Notes: generated from the sequence alone by a model not told the origin. A DNA stretch of 64,000 bases from Mobula hypostoma (GCF_963921235.1 NC_086097.1:85500001-85564000), one strand, 5' to 3'. Positions 38,775-54,200 are shown, numbered from the stretch's first letter. Program-made: numbers and translations.

Positions 38775-39043
38775 GCTAGCCTTGGGCAAGGTGTAGCACC
38801 TGCTTACCCTCCTGGTCAGGGTTGCGTGAAGCCATGGGAGCAGCTGGTGCGTTTCACAAGTCCTGGTTACGACATTTTCAAAGGATGATACCTCAAAAGG
38901 TGGCATCCATTATTAAGGACTTCCACCAGCCATGATTTGCTTCTTCTCATTGCTACTATCTGGGAGGAGGTTCAGGAGCCTGAAGAATTCCGCACCCCCT
39001 CATAAAACTCTCAAAGTTTTAGTAACAGCTTCTTACCCTACTA

Positions 39044-39964
39044 CAGTCGGCCCTCATTATCTGCAAGGGATTGGTTCCGGGACCCCTCGCGGATACCAAA
39101 AAACGTGGATGCTCAAGTCCCTTATTCAACCTGTCGAAATGCGGTGGAACTTAGGACCCAGCGGAACCCCGGACCTTATTTAACCTGTCTCAGTGCGGAG
39201 GACATTACGACCTGGCAGCGGAGCTCTAAATCCACAGTGTTTCGGTTCACGAAAATAATCACGATCGCGATTTAAAATAACGTGGAAGTAATAAAGCGAT
39301 TGGAAACAGGTGAAACGCCATCGGTCATTGGAAAAGCGTTAGGCTACAGTCAGTCAACGATCGGAACAATTTTAAAGGATAAAGTGAGAAAAGCCCTGCC
39401 CCGATTAAAGCTACAATTATTACTAAGCAATGCAGTGGTTTAATTATTAGGTTTTGGGGTTTTGGTTTTTGATCCCTCACATCAACCCGGCACGGATGGA
39501 GAGCGCGCTCGGGAGCGGTCTGTCACTGGATCGAACTCGGGAATTTCCGTTCCCAAGCCCGGCGCTGAAACATACGTTTCTTAAGTATTTTATATGCATA
39601 GAAAGTAAAATATATACTATATACTAAGACAAACGTTTGACTAACTGACGCTAAATAATACCGGATGTACCTGTTCCGACTTACTTAGTAAGAGAACTTT
39701 GGGCTTTTTTTTGATCCCGATCCACAATAACGTTCACACATTCTCCCGTATACTTTAAATCATCTCTAGATTACTTATAATACCTAATACAATGTAAATG
39801 CTATGTAAAATAGTTGTTATACTGCATTGTTTAGGGAATAATGACAAGAAAAAAAGTTTGTACATGTTCGAACAACAAGTGCTGGAAGAGCACTTCCGGG
39901 TTTTCTCGATTCGCAGTTGGTTGAATTCACGCATGCGGAACTCGCGGATAAGGAGGGCCGACTG
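39044..39964 (+). mobile_element. Non-autonomous Tigger/pogo (Tc1-mariner) transposon
   Basis: TIRs CAGTCGGCCCTC(A/C)TTATC, TA TSD on both sides; CENP-B-type HTH remnant VEVIKRLETGETPSVIGKALGYSQSTIGTILKDK at ~39280-39385. Confidence 0.9.
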
Positions 39965-39966
39965 TA

Positions 39967-40163
39967 TACACACAAAATGCTGGAGGAATTCAGCAAGCCG
40001 GGCAGCATCTATGGAAAAAAGTACAGTTGATGTTTCAGGCCGAAACCCTTCAGCAGGACTAAAATTCAATTGTACTCTTTTCCATAGATGTTGCCTGGCC
40101 TGCTGAGTTCCTCCAGTATTTTGTGTGTGTTGCTCGGATTTCCAGCATCTGCAGAATTTCTCT
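39967..40163. mobile_element. Palindromic Penelope-derived insertion with a hammerhead-like motif in its loop
   Basis: Arms acacacaaaatgctggagg...gtaca / tgtac...ctccagtattttgtgtgtgt; minus-strand AGTC-CTGCTGA-AGGGTTTCGGCCT-GAAA-CATC-AACTG at ~40024-40060. Confidence 0.85.
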
Positions 40164-42217
40164 TCTTCCCCTACTCCAACAGATTTCTGAATGGTCCAGG
40201 AACGCTACCTCAATATATCTTATGCATTGCACTCTACTGCTGCTACAAAACAACAAATTTCATGACATACAGTATGTCAGTGATAATAAACCCGATTCTG
40301 ATTTCAATTTTGATTCAGGTTAGTACCCAGCTAAATCTCTGATTAACAGGGTGGAATTCCAGTAGGAATTATATTCTGTATATATCTTACTGCTAGCAAT
40401 GTCTGTGGACAAATTCTCAAAATATTCTCATGATGTTTCTTGGTTCAGCATTATAGTTCTGGAAATTTGTCCTACTGGCAAAGCTTAACGTTCATTCTGT
40501 ACTTGCCAATGCATCTTTGCAATGCACCTTCTCTGCTCCTTGCGCTGTATTAGACGGAAGAAATGCATGAGCTGTGAACTGAAGTTCTCTCTGCCAACCA
40601 TCACCACTCCTGCTCCTGTCCATTCCCACCCCTCACCACTTTCGCCTCACAATGGATCCTGCTGGTTACCTGTTTAGACAGTTGTTTTGAGAGCAGCAGC
40701 AGGGTGCAATCTTTCCTGACAGGCAGTCCTATCTGCCATATAAATAGGACGCTTCAGTGTGCCAGGTTGACAAATGCATTGTTCACAGTGATTAAGGATA
40801 AAGCTTTCTAGATGAAATAAAATTCCTGTCAACAAATTTAAAAAAGGAATTCCTTTTGCCACAGTAGATTCTGAGAGTATATTTCTAGCTTTTCTTTCAT
40901 TTTGTTTGCATTATGCAGTCACAATGAAAACTGTTAACAATGAAACAGTAAGAAGGAAGATCACTTCATTCATGCAATAATTCTATCTGATTTCTTCTTA
41001 CAGACAGGCTAAGGTTATGGTGTTAAAATGACCAAAAATTTGCATTTTTGCATTTGTCCTCAACTCCTACGTGGAAAAGAGAAAACAAGTCATCGCACTT
41101 TTGCTGCACCCAAAAAAAAACACTTGGTTGTCACTTGCACAGTCTTTAGGCCTCGTGCTAGTGTTAATCTCAGGATGGATCCCATCAGCCTGTATCAGTC
41201 CTGTTCCATCCAGTCACAGAATTACCAATGCATCCAAATCAGCACTTCTTCAAGATCAAATCATTGAAGCCACAAGCACACATCTTACTCAGGGTGGAAC
41301 AGGCGCATCAAAGGAAAACACTGAGATGCAGAATGGAGGTGGCCTGATATTGCTTGCACTGAGCAACCATGAAAAGCCTTGCCCTCATTGTAAACTCTTA
41401 ATATGTACCCTTTTTATTTGGTGATTCGGCAAACTGCGGGGATGTGATGGTATGATTATGAGTAACGATTAAGCAGGTTAGTCCCATACACACTGGATTT
41501 CAGAAGAACAAACTATGATCTCAATGAAATGCCTGTGATTCTGGAGGATTTGAAGTCGGTTGGATGAGGATATTTTCCCTGTTGGAGAAAGTTTAGAACT
41601 GCAAGCATAGTTTAAAAATACCAGGTCTACTGTTTTCAGGGGCTGTGAATCTTTGGAATTCTCTTCAATGGAGAAAATGATTCATTAAGTACGTCCAAAC
41701 ATATAAAGAAGGGAAAGGACTAGATTCCTTCAACCCAAGTCGGCTATTCTATAAGATCATGGCTGATCTATTTCTAACTTCAATTCTATGTGATTGCCTT
41801 TCACACCCTTGTCTCTCAATAATCCATCAGCCTCTGCTTTAGAAATATTTTTTCTAAGTCTAATAGTCTTTGCTTCAACTATTAAATTAAATGAGTAGCA
41901 CATAAATAAAAATAGACATAAAAAAAGTAACGAGGTGGTGTTAATGGGTCCAATGTCCATTCAGAAATCAGATGGCAGAGGGGAAGAAGCTGTTCCTGAA
42001 TTGCTGAGTGTGTGTCTTCAGGCTCCTGTACCTCCTCCCTGATAGGAACAGTGAGGAAAAAGGCATGTCCTGGGTGATGGAGGTCCTTAATGATGGATGC
42101 TGCTTTCTTGAGGCTTTGCTTCGTGAAGATGCCCTGGATGCTACGGAGGCTAGTGCCCATGATGGAACTGACTAAGTTCACAACTTTCAGCAGTTTCTAA
42201 CGATCCTCTGAAGTAGC

Positions 42218-45200
42218 CACCCACCAACCTCCACCCCCGTCCCCCACCAACCACCGTCCCCCCATCTCCTCCAGCCTCCACCCCCTCCCCCACCAACCTC
42301 TGTCCCCACCTCCCCATCAACCTCCACCCCAAAATCCCTCACCAACCTCCACCCCCTCCTCCTCCACCATCTCCACCCCACCTCCCCCACCAACCTCCAC
42401 CCCACCTCTCCCTCCTCCACCAACCTCCCCCACCAACCTCCTCCACCAAGCTCCCACACCAACCTCCCCCACCAACCACTGTCCCCCCTCCTCCTCCAGC
42501 CTCCACCCCCTCCCCCACCACCCTCTGTCCCCCACCTCCTTCACCAACCTCTGTCCCCACCTCCACTATCAACCTCCACCCGAAACTCCCCCACCAACCT
42601 CCACCCCCTCCTCCTCCACCATCCTCCATCCCCACCTCCCCCACCAACATCCACCCCACCTCCCCCTCCTCCACCAACCTCCCCCACCAACCTCCCACAC
42701 CAACCTCCTCCACCAACCTCCCCCACCAACCTCCTATACCAACCTCCCCCACCAACCTCCACCACCAACCTCCGTCCCCCAACCTCCCCCACCAACCTCC
42801 TCCACCCTCCACCGCCACGTCCCCTACCAACCTCCTCCACCAACCTCCCCCACCAATGACCTCCACCAGCCTCCCACACCAACCTCCATCCCCCAACATC
42901 CGACACCAACCTCCTCCACCAACCTCCCCCACCAACCTCCTCCACAAACCTCCGTCCCCCAACCTCCCCCACCAACCTCCCCCATCAACCTCCCACGCCA
43001 ACCTCCCCCACCAACCTCCTCCACACTCCACCCCCACCTCCCCTACCAACCTCCTCCACCAACCTCCCACATCAACCTCCCCCCCCCAACCTCCACCACC
43101 AACCTCCGTCCCCCAACCTCCCCCACCAACCTCCCATACCAACCTCCCCCACCAACCTCCTCCACCAACCTCCCCCACCAATGACCTCCAAAAACCTCCC
43201 CCCAATGACCTCCACCAACCTCCCACACCAACCTCCATCCCTCAACATCCCACACCAAACTCCCACACCAACCTCCCCCACCAACCTCCTCCACCAACCT
43301 CTGTCCCCCAACCTCCCCCACCAACCTCCCCCATCAACCTCCCACGCCAACCTCCCCCACCAACCTCCTCCACACTCCACACCCACCTCCCCTACCAACC
43401 TCCTCCACCAACCTCCCACACCAACATCCCCCACCAACCTCCACCACCAACCTCCGTCCCCCAACCTCCCCCACCAACCTCCCATACCAACCTCCCCCAC
43501 CAACCTCCCACAAGAACCTCCTCCACCAACCTCACACAAGAACTTCCTCCACCAACCTCCCACACCAACCTCCTCCACCAACCTCCGTCCCCCAACCTCC
43601 CCCATCAACCACCCCCACCAACATCCCCCACCAACCACCCACACCAACCTCCCACACCAACCTACGTCCCCCAACCTCCCCCACCAACCTCACACGCCAA
43701 CCTCCCCCACCAACCTCCTCCACCCTCCACCGCCATCTCCCCTACCAACCTCCTCCACCAATCTCCACCCCCACCTCCCCCACCAATGTCCTCCACCAAC
43801 CTCCCACACCAACCTCCATCCCCCAACATCCCACACCAAACTCCCACACCAACCTCCCCCACCAACCTCCGTCCCCCAACCTCCCCCATCAACCTCCTCC
43901 ACCAATCTCCCACACCAACCTCCCCCACCAACCTCCACCACCAACCTCCGTCCCCCAACCTCCCCCACCAACCTCCCATACCAACCTCCCCCACCAACCT
44001 CCCACAAGAACCTCCTCCACCAACCTCCCACAAGAAACTCCTCCACCAACCTCCCACACCAACCTCCACCACCAACCTCCGTCCCCCAACCTCCCCCCAC
44101 CAACCTCCCATACCAACCTCCCCCACCAACCTCCCACAAGAACCTCCTCCACCAACCTCCCACAAGAAACTCCTCCACCAACCTCCCACACCAACCTCCT
44201 CCACCAACCTCCGTCCCCCAACCTCCCCCACCAACCTCCCCCACCAACCACCCACACCAACCTCCCACACCAACCTCCTCCACAAACCTTCGTCCCCCAA
44301 CCTCCCCCACCAACCTCCCACACCAACGTCCCCCACCAACCTCCTCCACAAACCTCCATCCCCCAACCTCCCCCACCAACCTCCCAGGCCAACCTCCCCT
44401 ACCAACCTCCTCCACCAACCTCCACCCCCTACCTCCCCCACCAATGACCTCCACCAACCTCCCACACCAACCTCCATCCCCCAACATCCCACACCAACCT
44501 CCCCCACCAACCTCCCCCACCAACGTCCTCCACCAACCTCCCACACCAACCGCCATCCCCAACTTCCCACACCAACCTCCCACACCAACCTCCTCCACCA
44601 AACTCCACCCCCCACCAACCTCCTCCACCAACCTCCCACACCAACCTCCTCCACCAACCTCTGTCCCCCAAGCTCCCCCATCAACCACCCCACCAATCTC
44701 CCCCACCAACCACCCACACCAACCTCCTCCACCCTCCACCGCCACCTCCCCTACCAACCTCCGTCCCCCAACCTCCCCCACCAACCTCTCACACCAACCT
44801 CCCCCACCAACCTCCTCCACCCTCCACCGCCACCTCCCCTACCAACCTCCTCCACCAACCTCCATCCCCCAACCTCCCCCACCAACCTCCCCCTCCAACC
44901 TCCCCCTGCAACCTCCTCCACCAACCTCCCCCACCAACCTCCTCCACCAACTTCCGTCCCCAACCTCCCCTACCAACCTCCTCCACTAACCTCCCACACC
45001 AACCTCCCCTACCAATCTCCACCCCCCACATCCCCGACCAACCTTCACCCCCCAGCTCCCCACCGTCCTCCACCAACCTCCCACTCCAACCTCCATCCCT
45101 CAACTTCCCACACCAACCTCCTCCAACCTCCCACACCAACCTCCTCCACCAACCTCCACCCCCCACCTCCCCCACCAACCTCCTCCACCAACCTCCACCC

Positions 45201-48200
45201 CCCACCTCCCCCACCAACCTCCCACACCAACCTCCATCCCCCAAATTCCCATGCCAACGTCCTCCACCAACCTCCGTCATTCAACCTCCCCCACCAACCT
45301 CCCCCACCAACGTCCCCCACCAACCTCCTCCACCAACCTCCACCCCCCACCTCCCCCACCAACCTCCTCCACCAACCTCCTCCACAAAACTCCCACACCA
45401 ACCTCCGTCCCCCAACCTCCCCCACCAACCTCCTCCGCCAACCTCCACCCCCCACCTTCCCCACCAACCTCCACCCCCCACCTCCCCCATCAACATCCTC
45501 CATCAACCTCCCACACCAACCTCCATCCCCCAACTTCCCACAACAACCTCCTCCACCAAACTCCATCCTCCAACCTCCCCACCAACCTCCCCCACCAACC
45601 TCCTCCACTAACCTCCCATGCCAACCTCCCCCACCAACCTCCTCCACCCTCCACCCCCACCTCCCCCACCAACATCCTCCAACAACCTCCCCGACCAACC
45701 TCCCACACCAACCTCCTCCACCAAGCTCCATCCCCCAACCTCCCCCACCAACCTCCCCCTCCAACCTCCTCCACCAACCTCCCCCACCAACCTCCTCCAC
45801 CAACCTCCCCTACCAACCTCCTCCACTAACCTGCCACACCAACCTCCCCCACCAACCTCCACCCCCACCTCCCCAACCAACCTCCACCTCCCACCTCCCC
45901 ACCATTCTCCACCAACCTCCCACACCAACCTCCATCCCTCAACCTCCCACACTAACCTCCTCCACCAACCTCCCACACCAACCTCCTCCACCAACTTCCA
46001 CCCCCCACCTGCCCCACCAACCTCCCCCACCAACCTCCTCCACTAACCTCCCACGCCAACCTCCCCCACCAACCTCCTCCACCCTCCACCCCCACTTCCC
46101 CTACCAACATCCTCCACCAACCTCCACCCCCCACCTCCCCCACCAATGACCTCCACCAACCTCCCACACCAACCTCCATCCCCCAACATCCCACACCACC
46201 TCCACCCCCCACCTCCCCACCAACTTCCTCCACCAACCTCCCACACCAACCTCCATACCCCAAATTCCCACACCAACCTCCTCCACCAACCTCCCCCACC
46301 AACCTCCTCCAACAACCTCCCCCACCAACCTCCCACACCAATCTCCTCCACCAACCTCCGTCCCCCAAGCTCCCCCACCAACCTTCCCCCCAACCTCCCA
46401 CACCAACCTCCATCCCCCAACCTCCCCCACCAACCTCCCACATCAACCTCCCACACCAACCTCCCCTACCAACCTCCTCCAACAACCTCCCCCGCCAACC
46501 TCCCCCACCAATCTCCCCCATCAACCTCCCACACCAACCTCCTCCACCAACCTCCTCCACCAATCTCCCACACCAACCTCCTCCACCAACCTCCCACACC
46601 AACCTCCTCCACCAACCTCCGTCCCCCAACCTCCCCCACCAACCTCCCCCATCAACGTCCCACACCAACCTCCCCCACCAACCTGCTCCAACAACCTCCC
46701 CCACCAACCTCCCCCTCCAACCTCCCCCATCAACCTCCCACACCAACCTCCCCCACCAACCTCCTCCAACAACCTCCCCCACCAACCTCCCACACCAATC
46801 TCCTCCACCAACCTCCGTCCCCCAAGCTCCCCCACCAACCTCCCCCTCCAACCTCCTCCACCAACCTCCCCCACCAACCTCCTCCACCAACCTCCCCTAC
46901 CAACCTCCTCCACTAAACTCCCACACCAACCTCCCCCACCAACCTCCAAACCCCACCTCCCCGACCAACCTCCACCCCCACTTCCCCACCGTCCTCCAAC
47001 AACCTCCCCCACCAACCTCCCACACCAATCTCCTCCACCAACCTCCGTCCCCCAAGCTCCCCCACCAACCTCCCCCTCCAACCTCCTCCACCAACCTCCC
47101 CCATCAACCTCCACCCCAAAATCCCTCACCAACCTCCACCCCCTCCTCCTCCACCATCTCCACCCCACCTCCCCCACCAACCTCCACCCCACCTCTCCCT
47201 CCTCCACCAACCTCCCCCACCAACCTCCTCCACCAAGCTCCCACACCAACCTCCCCCACCAACCACTGTCCCCCCTCCTCCTCCAGCCTCCACCCCCTCC
47301 CCCACCACCCTCTGTCCCCCACCTCCTTCACCAACCTCTGTCCCCACCTCCACTATCAACCTCCACCCGAAACTCCCCCACCAACCTCCACCCCCTCCTC
47401 CTCCACCATCCTCCATCCCCACCTCCCCCACCAACATCCACCCCACCTCCCCCTCCTCCACCAACCTCCCCCACCAACCTCCCACACCAACCTCCTCCAC
47501 CAACCTCCCCCACCAACCTCCTATACCAACCTCCCCCACCAACCTCCACCACCAACCTCCGTCCCCCAACCTCCCCCACCAACCTCCTCCACCCTCCACC
47601 GCCACGTCCCCTACCAACCTCCTCCACCAACCTCCCCCACCAATGACCTCCACCAGCCTCCCACACCAACCTCCATCCCCCAACATCCGACACCAACCTC
47701 CTCCACCAACCTCCCCCACCAACCTCCTCCACAAACCTCCGTCCCCCAACCTCCCCCACCAACCTCCCCCATCAACCTCCCACGCCAACCTCCCCCACCA
47801 ACCTCCTCCACACTCCACCCCCACCTCCCCTACCAACCTCCTCCACCAACCTCCCACATCAACCTCCCCCCCCAACCTCCACCACCAACCTCCGTCCCCC
47901 AACCTCCCCCACCAACCTCCCATACCAACCTCCCCCACCAACCTCCTCCACCAACCTCCCCCACCAATGACCTCCAAAAACCTCCCCCCAATGACCTCCA
48001 CCAACCTCCCACACCAACCTCCATCCCTCAACATCCCACACCAAACTCCCACACCAACCTCCCCCACCAACCTCCTCCACCAACCTCTGTCCCCCAACCT
48101 CCCCCACCAACCTCCCCCATCAACCTCCCACGCCAACCTCCCCCACCAACCTCCTCCACACTCCACACCCACCTCCCCTACCAACCTCCTCCACCAACCT

Positions 48201-51200
48201 CCCACACCAACATCCCCCACCAACCTCCACCACCAACCTCCGTCCCCCAACCTCCCCCACCAACCTCCCATACCAACCTCCCCCACCAACCTCCCACAAG
48301 AACCTCCTCCACCAACCTCACACAAGAACTTCCTCCACCAACCTCCCACACCAACCTCCTCCACCAACCTCCGTCCCCCAACCTCCCCCATCAACCACCC
48401 CCACCAACATCCCCCACCAACCACCCACACCAACCTCCCACACCAACCTACGTCCCCCAACCTCCCCCACCAACCTCACACGCCAACCTCCCCCACCAAC
48501 CTCCTCCACCCTCCACCGCCATCTCCCCTACCAACCTCCTCCACCAATCTCCACCCCCACCTCCCCCACCAATGTCCTCCACCAACCTCCCACACCAACC
48601 TCCATCCCCCAACATCCCACACCAAACTCCCACACCAACCTCCCCCACCAACCTCCGTCCCCCAACCTCCCCCATCAACCTCCTCCACCAATCTCCCACA
48701 CCAACCTCCCCCACCAACCTCCACCACCAACCTCCGTCCCCCAACCTCCCCCACCAACCTCCCATACCAACCTCCCCCACCAACCTCCCACAAGAACCTC
48801 CTCCACCAACCTCCCACAAGAAACTCCTCCACCAACCTCCCACACCAACCTCCACCACCAACCTCCGTCCCCCAACCTCCCCCCACCAACCTCCCATACC
48901 AACCTCCCCCACCAACCTCCCACAAGAACCTCCTCCACCAACCTCCCACAAGAAACTCCTCCACCAACCTCCCACACCAACCTCCTCCACCAACCTCCGT
49001 CCCCCAACCTCCCCCACCAACCTCCCCCACCAACCACCCACACCAACCTCCCACACCAACCTCCTCCACAAACCTCCGTCCCCCAACCTCCCCCACCAAC
49101 CTCCCACACCAACGTCCCCCACCAACCTCCTCCACAAACCTCCATCCCCCAACCTCCCCCACCAACCTCCCAGGCCAACCTCCCCTACCAACCTCCTCCA
49201 CCAACCTCCACCCCCTACCTCCCCCACCAATGACCTCCACCAACCTCCCACACCAACCTCCATCCCCCAACATCCCACACCAACCTCCCCCACCAACCTC
49301 CCCCACCAACGTCCTCCACCAACCTCCCACACCAACCGCCATCCCCAACTTCCCACACCAACCTCCCACACCAACCTCCTCCACCAAACTCCACCCCCCA
49401 CCAACCTCCTCCACCAACCTCCCACACCAACCTCCTCCACCAACCTCTGTCCCCCAAGCTCCCCCATCAACCACCCCACCAATCTCCCCCACCAACCACC
49501 CACACCAACCTCCTCCACCCTCCACCGCCACCTCCCCTACCAACCTCCGTCCCCCAACCTCCCCCACCAACCTCTCACACCAACCTCCCCCACCAACCTC
49601 CTCCACCCTCCACCGCCACCTCCCCTACCAACCTCCTCCACCAACCTCCATCCCCCAACCTCCCCCACCAACCTCCCCCTCCAACCTCCCCCTGCAACCT
49701 CCTCCACCAACCTCCCCCACCAACCTCCTCCACCAACTTCCGTCCCCAACCTCCCCTACCAACCTCCTCCACTAACCTCCCACACCAACCTCCCCTACCA
49801 ATCTCCACCCCCCACATCCCCGACCAACCTTCACCCCCCAGCTCCCCACCGTCCTCCACCAACCTCCCACTCCAACCTCCATCCCTCAACTTCCCACACC
49901 AACCTCCTCCAACCTCCCACACCAACCTCCTCCACCAACCTCCACCCCCCACCTCCCCCACCAACCTCCTCCACCAACCTCCACCCCCCACCTCCCCCAC
50001 CAACCTCCCACACCAACCTCCATCCCCCAAATTCCCATGCCAACGTCCTCCACCAACCTCCGTCATTCAACCTCCCCCACCAACCTCCCCCACCAACGTC
50101 CCCCACCAACCTCCTCCACCAACCTCCACCCCCCACCTCCCCCACCAACCTCCTCCACCAACCTCCTCCACAAAACTCCCACACCAACCTCCGTCCCCCA
50201 ACCTCCCCCACCAACCTCCTCCGCCAACCTCCACCCCCCACCTTCCCCACCAACCTCCACCCCCCACCTCCCCCATCAACATCCTCCATCAACCTCCCAC
50301 ACCAACCTCCATCCCCCAACTTCCCACAACAACCTCCTCCACCAAACTCCATCCTCCAACCTCCCCACCAACCTCCCCCACCAACCTCCTCCACTAACCT
50401 CCCATGCCAACCTCCCCCACCAACCTCCTCCACCCTCCACCCCCACCTCCCCCACCAACATCCTCCAACAACCTCCCCGACCAACCTCCCACACCAACCT
50501 CCTCCACCAAGCTCCATCCCCCAACCTCCCCCACCAACCTCCCCCTCCAACCTCCTCCACCAACCTCCCCCACCAACCTCCTCCACCAACCTCCCCTACC
50601 AACCTCCTCCACTAACCTGCCACACCAACCTCCCCCACCAACCTCCACCCCCACCTCCCCAACCAACCTCCACCTCCCACCTCCCCACCATTCTCCACCA
50701 ACCTCCCACACCAACCTCCATCCCTCAACCTCCCACACTAACCTCCTCCACCAACCTCCCACACCAACCTCCTCCACCAACTTCCACCCCCCACCTGCCC
50801 CACCAACCTCCCCCACCAACCTCCTCCACTAACCTCCCACGCCAACCTCCCCCACCAACCTCCTCCACCCTCCACCCCCACTTCCCCTACCAACATCCTC
50901 CACCAACCTCCACCCCCCACCTCCCCCACCAATGACCTCCACCAACCTCCCACACCAACCTCCATCCCCCAACATCCCACACCACCTCCACCCCCCACCT
51001 CCCCACCAACTTCCTCCACCAACCTCCCACACCAACCTCCATACCCCAAATTCCCACACCAACCTCCTCCACCAACCTCCCCCACCAACCTCCTCCAACA
51101 ACCTCCCCCACCAACCTCCCACACCAATCTCCTCCACCAACCTCCGTCCCCCAAGCTCCCCCACCAACCTTCCCCCCAACCTCCCACACCAACCTCCATC

Positions 51201-54200
51201 CCCCAACCTCCCCCACCAACCTCCCACATCAACCTCCCACACCAACCTCCCCTACCAACCTCCTCCAACAACCTCCCCCGCCAACCTCCCCCACCAATCT
51301 CCCCCATCAACCTCCCACACCAACCTCCTCCACCAACCTCCTCCACCAACCTCCCACACCAACCTCCTCCACCAACCTCCCACACCAACCTCCTCCACCA
51401 ACCTCCGTCCCCCAACCTCCCCCACCAACCTCCCCCATCAACGTCCCACACCAACCTCCCCCACCAACCTGCTCCAACAACCTCCCCCACCAACCTCCCC
51501 CTCCAACCTCCCCCATCAACCTCCCACACCAACCTCCCCCACCAACCTCCTCCAACAACCTCCCCCACCAACCTCCCACACCAATCTCCTCCACCAACCT
51601 CCGTCCCCCAAGCTCCCCCACCAACCTCCCCCTCCAACCTCCTCCACCAACCTCCCCCACCAACCTCCTCCACCAACCTCCCCTACCAACCTCCTCCACT
51701 AAACTCCCACACCAACCTCCCCCACCAACCTCCAAACCCCACCTCCCCGACCAACCACCACCCCCACTTCCCCACCGTCCTCCAACAACCTCCCCCACCA
51801 ACCTCCCACACCAATCTCCTCCACCAACCTCCGTCCCCCAAGCTCCCCCACCAACCTCCCCCTCCAACCTCCTCCACCAACCTCCCCCACCAACCTCCTC
51901 CACCAACCTCCCCTACCAACCTCCTCCACTAAACTCCCACACCAACCTCCCCCACCAACCTCCAAACCCCACCTCCCCGACCAACCTCCACCCCCACTTC
52001 CCCACCGTCCTCCACCAACCTCCCACACCAACCTCCATCCCTCAACTTCCCACACCAACCTCCTCCACCAACTTCCCACACCAACATCCTCCACCAACTT
52101 CTACCCCCCACTTCCCCCACCAACCTCCTCCACCAACCTCCATCCCCAACCTCCCCCACCAACCTCCCCCATCAACCTCCCACACCAACCTCCCCCACCA
52201 ACCTGCTCCAACAACCTCCCCCACCAACCTCCCACACCAATCTCCTCCACCAACCTCCGTCCCCCAAGCTCCCCCACCAACCTCCCCCTCCAACCTCCTC
52301 CACCAACCTCCCCCACCAACCTCCTCCACTAAACTCTCACACCAACCTCCCCCACCAACCTCCACCCCCCACCTCCCCGACCAACCTCCACCCCCCACCT
52401 CCCCACCGTCCTCCACCAACCTACCACACCAACCTCCATCCCTCAACTTCCCAAACCAACCTCCTCCACCAACCTCCCACACCAACATCCTCCACCAACT
52501 TCCACCCCCCACCTCCCCCACCAACCTCCATCCCCCAAATTCCCACACCAACCTCCGTCCCTCAACCTCCCCCACCAATGACCTCCACCACCAATGACCT
52601 CCACCAACCTCCCCCATCAACCTCCATCCCCGAAATTCCCATGCCAACGTCCTCCACCAACCTCCGTCATTCAACCTCCCCCACCAACCTCCCCCACCAA
52701 CGTCCCCCACCAACCTCCTCCACCAACCTCCACCCCCCACCTCCCCCACCAACCTCCTCCACCAACCTCCTCCACAAAACTCCCACACCAACCTCCGTCC
52801 CCCAACCTGCCCCACCAACCTCCTCCGCCAACCTCCACCCCCCACCTCCCCCACCAACCTCCTCCACCAACCTCCTCCACAAAACTCCCACACCAACCTC
52901 CGTCCCCCAACCTGCCCCACCAACCTCCACCCCCCACCTTCCCCACCAACCTCCACCCCCCACCTCCCCCATCAACATCCTCCATCAACCTCCCACACCA
53001 ACCTCCATCCCCCAACTTCCCACAACAACCTCCTCCACCAAACTCCATCCTCCAACCTCCCCACCAACCTCCCCCACCAACCTCCTCCACTAACCTCCCA
53101 TGCCAACCTCCCCCACCAACCTCCTCCACCCTCCACCCCCACCTCCCCCACCAACATCCTCCAACAACCTCCCCGACCAACCTCCCACACCAACCTCCTC
53201 CACCAAGCTCCATCCCCCAACCTCCCCCACCAACCTCCCCCTCCAACCTCCTCCACCAACCTCCCCCACCAACCTCCTCCACCAACCTCCCCTACCAACC
53301 TCCTCCACTAACCTGCCACACCAACCTCCCCCACCAACCTCCACCCCCACCTCCCCAACCAACCTCCACCTCCCACCTCCCCACCATTCTCCACCAACCT
53401 CCCACACCAACCTCCATCCCTCAACCTCCCACACTAACCTCCTCCACCAACCTCCCACACCAACCTCCTCCACCAACTTCCACCCCCCACCTGCCCCACC
53501 AACCTCCCCCACCAACCTCCTCCACTAACCTCCCACGCCAACCTCCCCCACCAACCTCCTCCACCCTCCACCCCCACTTCCCCTACCAACATCCTCCACC
53601 AACCTCCACCCCCCACCTCCCCCACCAATGACCTCCACCAACCTCCCACACCAACCTCCATCCCCCAACATCCCACACCACCTCCACCCCCCACCTCCCC
53701 ACCAACCTCCTCCACCAACCTCCCACACCAACCTCCATCCCCCAAATTCCCACACCAACCTCCTCCACCAACCTCCCCCACCAACCTCCTCCAACAACCT
53801 CCCCCACCAACCTCCCACACCAATCTCCTCCACCAACCTCCGTCCCCCAAGCTCCCCCACCAACCTTCCCCTCCAACCTCCCACACCAACCTCCATCCCC
53901 CAACCTCCCCCACCAACCTCCCACATCAACCTCCCACACCAACCTCCCCTACCAACCTCCTCCAACAACCTCCACCCCCCACCTCCCCCACCAATCTCCC
54001 CCATCAACTTCCCACACCAACCTCCTCCACCAACTTCCCACACCAACATCCTCCACCAACTTCTACCCCCCACTTCCCCCACCAACCTCCTCCACCAACC
54101 TCCATCCCCCAACCTCCCCCACCAACCTCCCCCATCAACCTCCCACACCAACCTCCCCCACCAACCTGCTCCAACAACCTCCCCCACCAACCTCCCACAC

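Larger units (their letters stand above)
37415..40320 (+). mobile_element. Fragmented Rex-like LINE 3' region hosting a nest of insertions
   Basis: Rex pieces at ~37415-37495 (RRFGMLPKTLANIYRCTVES), ~38900-39041 (SLLLSGRRFRSL) and ~40165-40320 (3' UTR, gataataaacccgattctgatt tail). Confidence 0.7.

Noticed and set aside
40670..40826. Possible minus-strand exon (ttgacAG ... CAG|GTAACC)
   Set aside because: Stop codons in all three frames and no recognisable product.
41071..41424. 117-aa ORF in unique sequence
   Set aside because: Non-ATG start, no recognisable domain, length compatible with chance.
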